Assembly (NCBI GenBank): GCA_938018055.1
Contig: CALIKL010000023.1
Location: forward strand, 4,837 to 68,836
DNA: 64,000 bases
Source of the DNA: an uncultured bacterium
Lineage (GTDB): Bacteria > Bacteroidota > Rhodothermia > Rhodothermales > UBA10348
Direction: 5' to 3'
The translations under genes were made by a program, and so were the position numbers. The number at the start of each line of letters is the position of its first letter. Position 1 is the first letter of the stretch. This document shows, in pieces, positions 1 to 9,720 of this stretch. The notes under the pieces were generated by a model that did not search any database, had not been told where the DNA came from, and saw only the letters and a list, made by a program, of their open reading frames with translations.

Positions 1-1
1 C

Positions 2-1120
2 CTTGGCAATCAGAAGGTCACCTCCATCATCCTTTTGACCGCTACCGGTGCCTTCATTGGCATCGGTCCAGTGACGTTTGAAATGCAGGCGTTCGGATTG
101 CTGATCGGTGCCGTCTCGGCCCTACTCATGGCATGGGCCTTCGTCCGCTTTGATATCGTCACGGTCATGACCGCCCTTTTTACGTCCGAAATCCTGTGGA
201 GCCTGACGGAAGGATACCTTGTGACATCTTCGCCGGCCTGGATCGACGTGCTGCTTGGGGTACTGTTCGTCGGATCAGTGATCGTACTCGGAGTCGTGGG
301 CATCACCAGCCGCCACACGGGTCAGCAGATGAATACGTATGTACCTGAATACGTCTCTGAAATGGCCAGTCAGGAGCGGGTCAGACGCGAACTGGAAATC
401 GCACATCAGGTCCAATCGTTTTTCCTACCCCGGTCCATGCCTGAGGTGGAGAGTCTGGATATCGCTGGGATGTGCCTATCGGCCAATGAGGTGGGCGGTG
501 ACTACTATGACTTCATCAAGCTGGATGACGGACGGATGGCATTCATCCTTGGAGACGTGAGCGGCAAGGGAATTCAGGCGGCCTTCTTCATGACGCTCGT
601 AAAAGGAATCGTCCAGACCCTGACGCGTCAGCACCTCGGTCCAGCGGAAATCATGCGTCGACTGAATACCCTCTTCTGCGAGAATGCACCGTCTGGAACC
701 TTCATTTCGGTCGTTTATGGAGAAATTGAGCCAAAGTCGGGTCGATTCTCGTTCGCGCGCGCCGGGCATAACCCTGTAATCTGGTATCGCTGCAACCAGC
801 GCGCTTCTGAATCCCTTCGTCCGAGGGGCATGGCCATAGGCTTCAAGTCGGGGGCTGCCTTTGATTCTACCATCGAAGAGCAAACCATCCAGTTGGAGCC
901 CGGAGATGCCCTCGTATTCTATACGGACGGATTCTCAGAGGCGATGAACCACGCCCGGGAGCTGTATGGTGATGATCGACTTGTCGAGCAAGTGACACAG
1001 ATTGGAAGTCGTTCATCTGCGGCCATTCTGCGTATGATGACGGAAGACGTCCATAACTTCATTGAAGGCATGGGCCGTTTGGATGATATGACCATGGCTG
1101 TAATCAAGTGGGAAGGATGA
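2..1120 (+). CDS. Membrane-anchored PP2C/SpoIIE (RsbU-like) serine phosphatase, 5' partial
   Basis: Frame is open from the window edge. TM segments are followed by ELEIAHQVQ, EVGGDYYD, GDVSGKG, YTDGFSEA and DDMT motifs of the SpoIIE domain. Confidence 0.9.
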   Translation, partial: LGNQKVTSIILLTATGAFIGIGPVTFEMQAFGLLIGAVSALLMAWAFVRFDIVTVMTALFTSEILWSLTEGYLVTSSPAWIDVLLGVLFVGSVIVLGVVGITSRHTGQQMNTYVPEYVSEMASQERVRRELEIAHQVQSFFLPRSMPEVESLDIAGMCLSANEVGGDYYDFIKLDDGRMAFILGDVSGKGIQAAFFMTLVKGIVQTLTRQHLGPAEIMRRLNTLFCENAPSGTFISVVYGEIEPKSGRFSFARAGHNPVIWYRCNQRASESLRPRGMAIGFKSGAAFDSTIEEQTIQLEPGDALVFYTDGFSEAMNHARELYGDDRLVEQVTQIGSRSSAAILRMMTEDVHNFIEGMGRLDDMTMAVIKWEG

Positions 1121-1950
1121 TGGACGCGGCTTCCAAACACGTAGATATTCCAGATTCCGCTGTCGCTTTCGTGCGGCAGAAAATCGAGTTCACTCCGCGC
1201 ATTGGACTCATTCTCGGGTCCGGCTTGTCCCATCTTGCGGAAGTGCTGCAAAGCCCGGTCATCATTCCGTCAGCGGATATTCCGGAGTATCCGGGCTCAA
1301 CGGTTGAGGGTCACAAAGGGCAGTTGGTCTTCGGAACACTTGAAGGCATTCCGGTGGTATTCGCTCAAGGTCGCCTCCACGCCTACGAAGGACACAGCGT
1401 ACACGCAGCTACATTCCCCGTACGCCTTCTGGCTGCCTTGGGAGTAGAGCGCATGGTGGTGACCAATGCAGCCGGAGGCATCCATCCGGAGTGCACTCCA
1501 GGAACTCTGATGTGGATTACAGATCAGATTTCCTTCGCCTTCCGACCCGTTCCCGGCCCCGCATCCTCGGCCTTTCAGCGCGCCGATGGACCCGGCTCGC
1601 CCTACGACGCCGATTGGACGGCTCGCGGGATGGCGATTGCCGCGTCGCTTGATATCCCGACGCGTGAGGGAACGTATCTGTGGACACTGGGACCGAGTTA
1701 CGAGACGAAAGCAGAAATACGCATGTTCAAGTGGCTGGGTGCCGATGCGGTAGGCATGAGCACGGTCCCGGAAGTTATCGTAGCGCGTCACCATGGTATC
1801 AAGGTGATCGGTATTTCCACGATCACGAATTTTGCTGCTGGACTCGGTCAGGAGTCCCTTGATCATCAGGAAGTGCTGGAGGTTGGTCGTCAGGTCAGGG
1901 ATGACCTCCAAAAGCTGATTACAGCCTTGGTTGCTGACCTTGCTGCGTAG
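1117..1950 (+). CDS. punA: Purine-nucleoside phosphorylase (trimeric PNP family)
   Basis: GLILGSGL, GRLHAYEG, TNAAGG, GPSYET and GADAVGMSTVPE motifs; ATGA overlap with the upstream stop. Confidence 0.92.
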   Translation: MMDAASKHVDIPDSAVAFVRQKIEFTPRIGLILGSGLSHLAEVLQSPVIIPSADIPEYPGSTVEGHKGQLVFGTLEGIPVVFAQGRLHAYEGHSVHAATFPVRLLAALGVERMVVTNAAGGIHPECTPGTLMWITDQISFAFRPVPGPASSAFQRADGPGSPYDADWTARGMAIAASLDIPTREGTYLWTLGPSYETKAEIRMFKWLGADAVGMSTVPEVIVARHHGIKVIGISTITNFAAGLGQESLDHQEVLEVGRQVRDDLQKLITALVADLAA

Positions 1951-2082
1951 CTGGTCCGACACTCTTTTGCGTTTTTGCTGGGACACGTTGCATATTTGAG
2001 CGCTCATGTCCGTGGACCGTGAGCACGTAACAATCGCTACCATCCACAGCGCTTCGACAAGGGGTCGGAGAAGGAGGACACG

Positions 2083-2610
2083 ATGAGCCAGGACGAGCTG
2101 GAATACGAGGACGAGGAATTCGAGGATCAGGAAGACGGTCAAGACGACTTTGAAGACGCCTACGATGATGATCAGGACTTCGAAGAAGAGGAGGACTACT
2201 ACGGCGATGACGATGACCAGGACGAAGGCGAAGATGGCCAAGGTGCCTACTTCCCATCGCCTGACGAGGATCGCCCTCAAAACCGGGGACGGTATCGTGA
2301 CGAGATCTACTCGCGCCGGGTGCCCGCCGGAAAACGAACCTACTTCTTCGACGTCAAGACGACACGTTCCGGAAAGGACTACTTCCTGACGATTACCGAG
2401 AGCAAGAAAATCAGCGAAAACCGCTACGAAAAGCATAAAATCTTCCTGTACAAGGAAGACTTTGGCAAATTCGTGAGTGCCATGCACGAGGTTGTTCGAT
2501 TCATTCAGGACGAGTGTCTACCGGACTATGAGTTTCGCGGTCTTCCCGATGTTTCCAAACAAGCGGGGGAACTGGACGACGACTGGCCCGAAGAAGGAGG
2601 CTCCTACTGA
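2083..2610 (+). CDS. DUF3276 / PUR-family nucleic-acid-binding protein with a long acidic N-terminus
   Basis: EIYSRRVPAGKRTYFFDVK...YFLTITESKK...EKHKIFLYKEDF core; AGGAGG SD upstream. Confidence 0.85.
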   Translation: MSQDELEYEDEEFEDQEDGQDDFEDAYDDDQDFEEEEDYYGDDDDQDEGEDGQGAYFPSPDEDRPQNRGRYRDEIYSRRVPAGKRTYFFDVKTTRSGKDYFLTITESKKISENRYEKHKIFLYKEDFGKFVSAMHEVVRFIQDECLPDYEFRGLPDVSKQAGELDDDWPEEGGSY

Positions 2611-2639
2611 GTCTTTGTCACCAGGACCACCCGGTCTTC

Positions 2640-3728
2640 ATGAGTAAACGTGTCCCCGAACAGCTGCTAGCGTTGATTCGGCCTGCCGTCCGTGCTGAAA
2701 AGCCCTACCTCGTACCCGGCGCCCGGCCGGTTTCGGTCAAGCTGAATCAGAATGAAAGTCCTTTTGACCTACCGCCCGCACTCAAGCGCGAGTTGCTGGA
2801 AGCATTCTTTCAGATTGATTTCAACCGCTACCCGGCTGAGCAACCGACACGGCTCATCCAAGCGCTTGAATCCCATTGTGGGGTGGAGCCTGGTAGTATT
2901 CTGGTTGGCAACGGATCCAATGAGCTGACCTACACTTTGGGCATGTGTTTCGTCGAGGACGGCGATGCTGTACTGACGCCGACACCCATGTTTGCTCTGT
3001 ACGAGTCTATGGTCCGCCTCCATGGTGGTACCCCGCTTCAAACGCATTGTACGGCCGACTTCCAGGTAGACTGTGATGACGTGGTGGCTACCATTGAACG
3101 GGAGCAGCCCAAGCTGACCATCCTGGCGACCCCCAATAATCCGACCGGTCTCGCTATTCCCAAGAAGGAAATCGAGCGTATCGTCAAGGCCGCTGACGGC
3201 TTCGTCGTGATTGACGAGGCCTACCACGAATTCAATCCCGAGGGGACTGCCCTGGATCTGTTGATGCGCCACCCGAACGTGATCATCCTGCGCACCCTGT
3301 CCAAGGCCTTTGGGTTGGCAGGTCTGCGACTTGGGTATTTGGTGGCTCGTCCCGAGGTGATTGGCGAGATGATGAAATCGCGCCTGCCATTCATGGTTGA
3401 TCGCCTCGCTGAGCACGTCGGCCTGCTGCTCCTTCGTCACCAGGACCTGATCCGGGATCGGGTCGATCAGATCAAGGTCTACACGGAGAACCTGCGGCAG
3501 GCGATGATGCACCGAGACGATATCGATGTCCTACCTACGGATACGAATTTCATCCTATTCCGAACGGACCGCGACCCGGCCGAATTATTACAGCATCTGG
3601 CCGACCAGGACGTCCTGGTTCGCAACATGGGAGGATATCCACAACTGCAAGGATATTTGCGTGTCACTAGCGGTACCCCGTCCGAGAACAAGGCATTTTT
3701 GGACGCGTTGACTACCGTTCTCGGGTAA
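2640..3728 (+). CDS. hisC: Histidinol-phosphate aminotransferase
   Basis: KLNQNESP, NRYP, GNGSNE, PNNPTG, DEAY and RTLSKAFGLAGLRLGY motifs. Confidence 0.92.
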   Translation: MSKRVPEQLLALIRPAVRAEKPYLVPGARPVSVKLNQNESPFDLPPALKRELLEAFFQIDFNRYPAEQPTRLIQALESHCGVEPGSILVGNGSNELTYTLGMCFVEDGDAVLTPTPMFALYESMVRLHGGTPLQTHCTADFQVDCDDVVATIEREQPKLTILATPNNPTGLAIPKKEIERIVKAADGFVVIDEAYHEFNPEGTALDLLMRHPNVIILRTLSKAFGLAGLRLGYLVARPEVIGEMMKSRLPFMVDRLAEHVGLLLLRHQDLIRDRVDQIKVYTENLRQAMMHRDDIDVLPTDTNFILFRTDRDPAELLQHLADQDVLVRNMGGYPQLQGYLRVTSGTPSENKAFLDALTTVLG

Positions 3729-3781
3729 TCAGGCCCGTTCGGCTTTCCCCGCCTTCACCACACCGAACACAACCAGCCCTC

Positions 3782-4378
3782 ATGGATCTGATCCAGGTAG
3801 ACATCATCGGACTTTCGACCAGCCCTTCCAGCGGCGGTGCCTATGCACTGGTCCTGGGTGAAGTCGATGGCAACCGAAGACTACCCATCATCATTGGCGC
3901 GTTCGAGGCGCAGGCGATTGCCCTTGAGTTGGAAAAAATTCAGCCCCCGCGACCGATGACTCATGACCTGATCCGGGACCTGTTTGACTCGGTGTCAGCC
4001 GATGTCACGGATATCCTCATCGACGAGCTGCGGGAAGGCACCTTCTTCGCCAAGATCCGATATACCGTTTCGGGCGCGGAAAGTCAGTTGGACTGCCGGC
4101 CCTCAGACGCAGTGGCTTTAGCCGTGCGCGTGGGTGCACCTATTTTCGTCGCTCCAGGCGTACTCGATGAAGCAGGTATTCCGACGGAGGATGAAGAAGA
4201 TATGGCCGCCATCGAACCGGGTGAAGAGACCCCCGAACCCGATCCTGAACCCGAAGCGCCACGCAGTCCCCTCGAAAAGCTCGAAGACGATCTGGCCCAA
4301 GCCATCGCTGACGAAGACTACGAACTCGCTGCCAAGCTCCGAGATGATATTTCGCGCCTAAAAGGCGAACAGAATTGA
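3782..4378 (+). CDS. Bifunctional nuclease family (DUF151) protein with C-terminal UVR domain
   Basis: RRLPIIIGAFEAQAI, RPMTHDL and CRPSDAVALA motifs; C-terminal AIADEDYELAAKLRDDI UVR motif. Confidence 0.9.
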   Translation: MDLIQVDIIGLSTSPSSGGAYALVLGEVDGNRRLPIIIGAFEAQAIALELEKIQPPRPMTHDLIRDLFDSVSADVTDILIDELREGTFFAKIRYTVSGAESQLDCRPSDAVALAVRVGAPIFVAPGVLDEAGIPTEDEEDMAAIEPGEETPEPDPEPEAPRSPLEKLEDDLAQAIADEDYELAAKLRDDISRLKGEQN

Positions 4379-5988
4379 CCCGCCTCCCTTTTTCTTCCTT
4401 CTCGTCGTTTTCCGGACTCTTTCGGGACTATACCGAATCCCCCGCCGAGCTCGCTGACTTCTTTAACGGCGACTATCGCGATCCGGACGCTTTGGCTGCA
4501 TCATGCACCTCTGCAGCTTCCTCGCATGCCAATCGCGACACGCTTGTTCGCGTGATGCAGGCGCAGGCCGATGCATTCGGGGTTCGTGAAGCGACGGATC
4601 ATCTGATTCAGAAACTGGCCGATCCGGCCTCCGCGGCCGTGGTCACGGGGCAGCAGCTTGGATTGCTTGGAGGTCCGCTTTACACAGCGTACAAAGCGCT
4701 CACGACCATCCAGCTCGCGCAAGATCTGGAAGCGAAGACCGGGCGCCCCGTTGTACCTGTGTTCTGGCTTGAAGGAGAAGATCACGACTTTGAGGAAGTT
4801 GCCTCAGCCGGTCTCCTCAAAGGAGACGATCCAGGAAAGATCACCTACCTCCCGGACTCGGACGATCAAGTCGGCAATGCAATCGGGCGTATGACCGTGA
4901 CGCCGGGTATCGAGCGGGTGCTTGAGGACCTGGAGCACGTCCTTCCGCCCACGGATTTTCGGGAAGAGTTGCTCTCTGATATCCGGGATGCCTACGCTCC
5001 CGGAACGTCTATGATCAAGGCATTTGTCACCCTCATGGAGCGGATCCTGGGTCCAGGACGTATTGCTTACCTGTCCCCGGATGATGCCGACCTGAAAGCA
5101 TCCGTTCGAGATCTCTTCCGGAAAGAGCTCGATGATTTTGACTCATCTTCCTCGCTCCTGCGAGCAACCAGCGCGAAGCTGGAAGCCACGTGGCACGTAC
5201 AGGTTCAAACTGATCCGACCAACCTGTTCATTCACGGGGACGGAAGACGGGCTGCCATTGATGCGATCGAAGGAGGATTCCAAACCCGTGACGGAGAGAC
5301 GATGTCGAGCGACGAAGCCCTTGCTCGACTGGAAGACGATCCGGGAGCTTTCTCGCCAAATGTGGTCATGCGTCCGCTCATGCAAGATTGGGTCCTTCCT
5401 ACCGCAGTGTACGTAGCCGGGCCGGGCGAAGTCGCCTATTTCGCCCAGTTCAAGGATCTCTATGATTGGGCCGGTTTGCATATGCCCATCATCTACCCCC
5501 GGGCATCGGTAACGCTACTTGAGCGACGTATTGGCCGGGTGCTTGAAAAGTCGGAACAGACTATACCTGCTTTTGAGGATCAGGTGGACAAGCTGTTCCG
5601 CGACATGGTTCTCGGCAACATGGATGTGGATATAGAGGAAGCCTTCAAAGAGGCAGCTTCAGGCATCCACCAGGCCATCAATGACATCAAGCCCGCCATC
5701 GAAGGGGTCGACCGGTCACTGATCAAATCGGCCGAAGCGACACGCGCCGCCTTCATGAAGGAATGGTCGCAGCTGAAGGGCAAAGTGATCAAGTCCGAGA
5801 AGCAACAGCACGACGTGCTGCGTGGGCAGCTTGAGCGGGCTTCTTCTGCGCTTTTTCCAATGGGAATCCCGCAGGAGCGCTATCTCTCGCCCGTATATTT
5901 CCTCAACAAGTACGGTCCGGATTTCTTCTCTGGACTAACAGATCGACTGGACCTCGATACCTCCGCGCATCAGGTCCTGGACATCTGA
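4375..5988 (+). CDS. bshC: Bacillithiol biosynthesis cysteine-adding enzyme
   Basis: VVTGQQLGLLGGPLYTAYKAL, VPVFWLEGEDHDFEEV, FSPNVVMRPL, YVAGPGEVAYFAQ and PQER motifs. Confidence 0.93.
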   Translation: MTRLPFSSFSSFSGLFRDYTESPAELADFFNGDYRDPDALAASCTSAASSHANRDTLVRVMQAQADAFGVREATDHLIQKLADPASAAVVTGQQLGLLGGPLYTAYKALTTIQLAQDLEAKTGRPVVPVFWLEGEDHDFEEVASAGLLKGDDPGKITYLPDSDDQVGNAIGRMTVTPGIERVLEDLEHVLPPTDFREELLSDIRDAYAPGTSMIKAFVTLMERILGPGRIAYLSPDDADLKASVRDLFRKELDDFDSSSSLLRATSAKLEATWHVQVQTDPTNLFIHGDGRRAAIDAIEGGFQTRDGETMSSDEALARLEDDPGAFSPNVVMRPLMQDWVLPTAVYVAGPGEVAYFAQFKDLYDWAGLHMPIIYPRASVTLLERRIGRVLEKSEQTIPAFEDQVDKLFRDMVLGNMDVDIEEAFKEAASGIHQAINDIKPAIEGVDRSLIKSAEATRAAFMKEWSQLKGKVIKSEKQQHDVLRGQLERASSALFPMGIPQERYLSPVYFLNKYGPDFFSGLTDRLDLDTSAHQVLDI

Positions 5989-6024
5989 GTCGCTTTTCGA
6001 CTCGCACAATTCCTATCCAGCGGC

Positions 6025-8730
6025 ATGGCTGATTATCCCTTCCAGGACATTGAGCAGAAGTGGCAACACTTCTGGGAGACGGAACGAACGTTCCGTACGC
6101 CCGAAAACCCGGACACGTCCAAACCGAAATATTATGTCCTGGACATGTTTCCCTACCCTTCGGGTGTCGGTCTCCATGTCGGGCATCCGCTTGGCTATAT
6201 CGCAACGGATATCATCGCGCGATACAAGCGGATGAAAGGCTTCAATGTGTTGCACCCCATGGGTTTTGATGCATTTGGATTACCTGCTGAGCAATTCGCG
6301 GTCGAGCATGGCGTACACCCACGCGTCACGACAGAGAAGAACATCGACAACATGCTGCGCCAGCTGAAAGCGCTCGGTCTCAGTTACGACTGGGATCGCA
6401 AACTGGCCACCACGGATGTCGACTACTACAAGTGGACCCAGTGGATCTTCCTTCAGCTGTTCAACTCCTGGTACGATGAGCAGGCTGGCCAGGCCCGCCC
6501 AATCAGTGAATTGGAAGTACGGTTTGCCAAGGAGCGTACCGATTGGTCCTCCCTTTCTGAGTCCGAACGCGAGTCCATCCTGTCCGAGCATCGTTTGGCC
6601 TTCCTGGACGAGGTACCGGTCAACTGGTGTCCTGCGCTCGGAACGGTGCTTGCCAATGAGGAAGTCACCAACGAAGGACGAAGTGAGCGCGGAAACCATC
6701 CTGTATTCCGCCGTCCGCTCAAGCAGTGGATGCTGCGTATCACGAAGTATGCCGATCGTCTGATTGAAGATCTCGATGATGTTGACTGGCCTGAGCCCGT
6801 CAAATTGATGCAGCGTAACTGGGTAGGACGCAGCGAAGGTGCCAATGTCGACTTCAAGGTCGAAGGTCACGATGCCACCATCCGGGTATTCACGACGCGC
6901 CCGGATACGCTCTTTGGAGCCACCTACATGGTCCTTGCGCCGGAACACGCGCTGGTTGACGAACTGACCACGGATGCTTATCGCGATGCCGTCGCAGCGT
7001 ACCGCAAAGAGGCCGCAGGTAAGACGGATGTCGACCGAATGGCCGAATCCAGAATCAAGACTGGCGTCTTCACGGGCGCCTACGCCATGAATCCGGCTGG
7101 TGGAGGCCTTATCCCGATCTGGGTTGCCGACTATGTCTTGATGGGATACGGGACGGGGGCAATCATGGCTGTGCCTGCCCAGGATGAACGCGACTGGGAG
7201 TTTGCCGAGGTCTTCGATCTTCCCATTATCCGCACGGTCCAACCACCTGAGGGTTGGGAAGGAAAAGCGTTTACCGGCGATGGCCCGGCAATCAACTCCG
7301 ACTTTCTGAATGGTCTTGGAGTGCGTGCCGCCAAAGCCCGCATGATTGAGTGGCTGGAAGAAGAAGGGCACGGAGAAGGGACGATTACCTACAAATTGCG
7401 CGACTGGCTCTTCAGTCGGCAGCGCTACTGGGGTGAACCGTTCCCTATTCTTCGAGGAGAGGATGGAAGTGTTCGCGCTGTGGAGGAAAGCGATCTTCCT
7501 GTCACGCTTCCTCCAATGGAAGACTTCAAGCCGACGGCCTCTGATGATCCCGATGCGCCACCGCGTCCGCCACTGGCGCGTGCAGATGAATCTTGGCGTA
7601 TCGTGGAGATTGATGGCAAGCGCTACGAGCGCGAATTGAATACGATGCCGCAATGGGCCGGCTCATGCTGGTACTACCTGCGTTTCATCGATAACCAGAA
7701 TGATGGCGTCTTCGCCGATCCTGCCCGTGAATCGTACTGGATGGGGAATAATGGCGTTGATCTGTATATCGGTGGCGTCGAGCACGCCGTGCTTCACCTG
7801 CTCTATGCGCGCTTCTGGCACAAAGTGCTCTTCGATCTGGGTCGCGTTTCAACCAAAGAGCCATTTGGTCGCCTCTTCAACCAGGGTTATATCCAGGCCT
7901 ATGCCTATCGGGATGAGCGCGGAATAGCGGTGGACGCCACGAAGGTGGTTGACCAGGATGGCAAGCCGGCCATGGAAGTGCAGGACCAGCCCGGCCGCCT
8001 GTTCTTCTACGAAGGGGAATCGGTAACCCAGGAGTACGGAAAGATGGGCAAGAGCCTGAAGAATTCCGTTTCTCCCGACGAAGTCAATGAAGTTTACGGA
8101 TGTGATACGCTGCGTCTGTACGAGATGTACATGGGACCGCTTGAAGCGTCAAAACCATGGAATACACGCGATATCGTGGGAGTGAACCGCTTCTTGCGTC
8201 GTATCTGGCGCAATTTTGTCGACGAGGAATCAGGCTCCTTGTTGGTTTCGGAAGTCGAACCCACGGACGACCAGATGCGGGCTTTGCACCGGACCATTGA
8301 ACGGGTTTCGGGCGACATGGAGCGGCTTTCATTCAATACGGCCATCGCTGGTCTGATTGAATTGCTTTCTGCCTGGGTCTCCCTGGATGCGATCCCACGA
8401 GCCCTTGCTGGTCCGTTCGTGCTGATGCTGGCTCCGTTGGCCCCACACATGTCAGAGGAACTCTGGCAGCGGCTGGGTAATGATGCATCACTCGCCTACG
8501 AACCATGGCCGATGGCGCAAGAAAAATGGCTCGTCGACGAGTCAATCACGTTGGCTGTTCAAGTCAATGGCAAGGTTCGCGGTACGATATCCGTGCCCGC
8601 AGATTCCTCAAAAGAAGCGATCATTGAAACCGCCAAGGCGGACGAAAATGTCGCTCGCCATGTCGAAGGCAAGGAAGTCCGCAGGGAAATCTATGTCCCG
8701 GGACGCCTCGTCAATATTGTCGTAGGTTGA
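6025..8730 (+). CDS. leuS: Leucine--tRNA ligase
   Basis: MFPYPSG..LHVGH, editing domain FTTRPDT, RDWLFSRQRYWGEP, KMGKS and VQVNGKVRG motifs. Confidence 0.98.
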   Translation: MADYPFQDIEQKWQHFWETERTFRTPENPDTSKPKYYVLDMFPYPSGVGLHVGHPLGYIATDIIARYKRMKGFNVLHPMGFDAFGLPAEQFAVEHGVHPRVTTEKNIDNMLRQLKALGLSYDWDRKLATTDVDYYKWTQWIFLQLFNSWYDEQAGQARPISELEVRFAKERTDWSSLSESERESILSEHRLAFLDEVPVNWCPALGTVLANEEVTNEGRSERGNHPVFRRPLKQWMLRITKYADRLIEDLDDVDWPEPVKLMQRNWVGRSEGANVDFKVEGHDATIRVFTTRPDTLFGATYMVLAPEHALVDELTTDAYRDAVAAYRKEAAGKTDVDRMAESRIKTGVFTGAYAMNPAGGGLIPIWVADYVLMGYGTGAIMAVPAQDERDWEFAEVFDLPIIRTVQPPEGWEGKAFTGDGPAINSDFLNGLGVRAAKARMIEWLEEEGHGEGTITYKLRDWLFSRQRYWGEPFPILRGEDGSVRAVEESDLPVTLPPMEDFKPTASDDPDAPPRPPLARADESWRIVEIDGKRYERELNTMPQWAGSCWYYLRFIDNQNDGVFADPARESYWMGNNGVDLYIGGVEHAVLHLLYARFWHKVLFDLGRVSTKEPFGRLFNQGYIQAYAYRDERGIAVDATKVVDQDGKPAMEVQDQPGRLFFYEGESVTQEYGKMGKSLKNSVSPDEVNEVYGCDTLRLYEMYMGPLEASKPWNTRDIVGVNRFLRRIWRNFVDEESGSLLVSEVEPTDDQMRALHRTIERVSGDMERLSFNTAIAGLIELLSAWVSLDAIPRALAGPFVLMLAPLAPHMSEELWQRLGNDASLAYEPWPMAQEKWLVDESITLAVQVNGKVRGTISVPADSSKEAIIETAKADENVARHVEGKEVRREIYVPGRLVNIVVG

Positions 8731-8774
8731 GCCCTGCTTGATCCCAGTCCTCCCAGGATCCGCGCATTCCCATA

Positions 8775-9545
8775 ATGAGCACACTTCCCAAGTTTGATGT
8801 ACTGGCTGTCGGCTCCCATCCGGATGATGTGGAGCTGGGCTGTGGTGGGACCATTGCTTCCCTGGTGGATGCTGGATACCGAGTCGGTATTCTGGATCTG
8901 ACGCGCGGAGAGCTTGGATCACGGGGTACCCCGGATGTGCGGGAGCAAGAGGCTTCGGAGGCGGCCGATATTCTGGGCGTTGAGCGCCGCGTCAACCTGG
9001 GTATTCCTGATGGCAACATCAAGAACTCCAAAAAGAACCGGCTCAAGGTAATTACCGAACTTCGTGCGATACGCCCAGACATCTTGTTGATACCAGCTCC
9101 GGATTGCCGTCACCCGGATCATCCCCAAGGAGCCCGTTTGGTGGCAGATGCCTCGTTTGAGGCAGGGCTGTCAATGATGAAAACGTTTGACTCGTCCGGC
9201 CTGGTACAGCCAACATGGCGACCCCTCCACATCTTGCACTACATGCAGTCCATTCCTTTCGAACCCACCCTGGTCGTCGATGTCAGCGCTTACTGGGCGA
9301 AGCGGAATGAGGCTGTTCGAGCATTCGGGTCGCAGTTCCACACCGGAGCCGATAATGCAGGTTCGGATGATCAACCGGAGACCTTCATCTCCAATCCCGC
9401 TTTCATGGATTGGTACGATGCCCGTGCGCGCACCTATGGCTACCGGATTGGTGCCACCTTTGGTGAACCATTCCTCTATCGTCACGGTCCGATCGGTACG
9501 GACGATCTGGTAGACATGCTAAAAAAAGAAAAGCCGTTCCGATAG
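8775..9545 (+). CDS. bshB1: N-acetyl-alpha-D-glucosaminyl L-malate deacetylase (PIG-L family)
   Basis: SHPDDVELGCGG, DLTRGELGSRGT and RHPDH motifs; close to bshC. Confidence 0.9.
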   Translation: MSTLPKFDVLAVGSHPDDVELGCGGTIASLVDAGYRVGILDLTRGELGSRGTPDVREQEASEAADILGVERRVNLGIPDGNIKNSKKNRLKVITELRAIRPDILLIPAPDCRHPDHPQGARLVADASFEAGLSMMKTFDSSGLVQPTWRPLHILHYMQSIPFEPTLVVDVSAYWAKRNEAVRAFGSQFHTGADNAGSDDQPETFISNPAFMDWYDARARTYGYRIGATFGEPFLYRHGPIGTDDLVDMLKKEKPFR

Positions 9546-9559
9546 TCGGAAACGGCTTT
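9530..9559. terminator. Probable bidirectional intrinsic terminator between convergent genes
   Basis: AAAGCCGTT-CCGA-tag-TCGG-A-AACGGCTTT hairpin with an A-run on the left and a T-run on the right. Confidence 0.7.
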
Positions 9560-9720
9560 ATCAAAACGAAGTCGTGTGGATAGAGTCTAGCGTCGCCAGG
9601 TCAGAATGACGCGGTTTCCTCCCTGCTGCAAGGCAAGCCCCGTGCGCATCGACGTGTCAGTATGAGAGAGCGGACCTGGGATAAATTCAGATCCCCCGCT
9701 TACAGGCTAGCCTGTTGACT

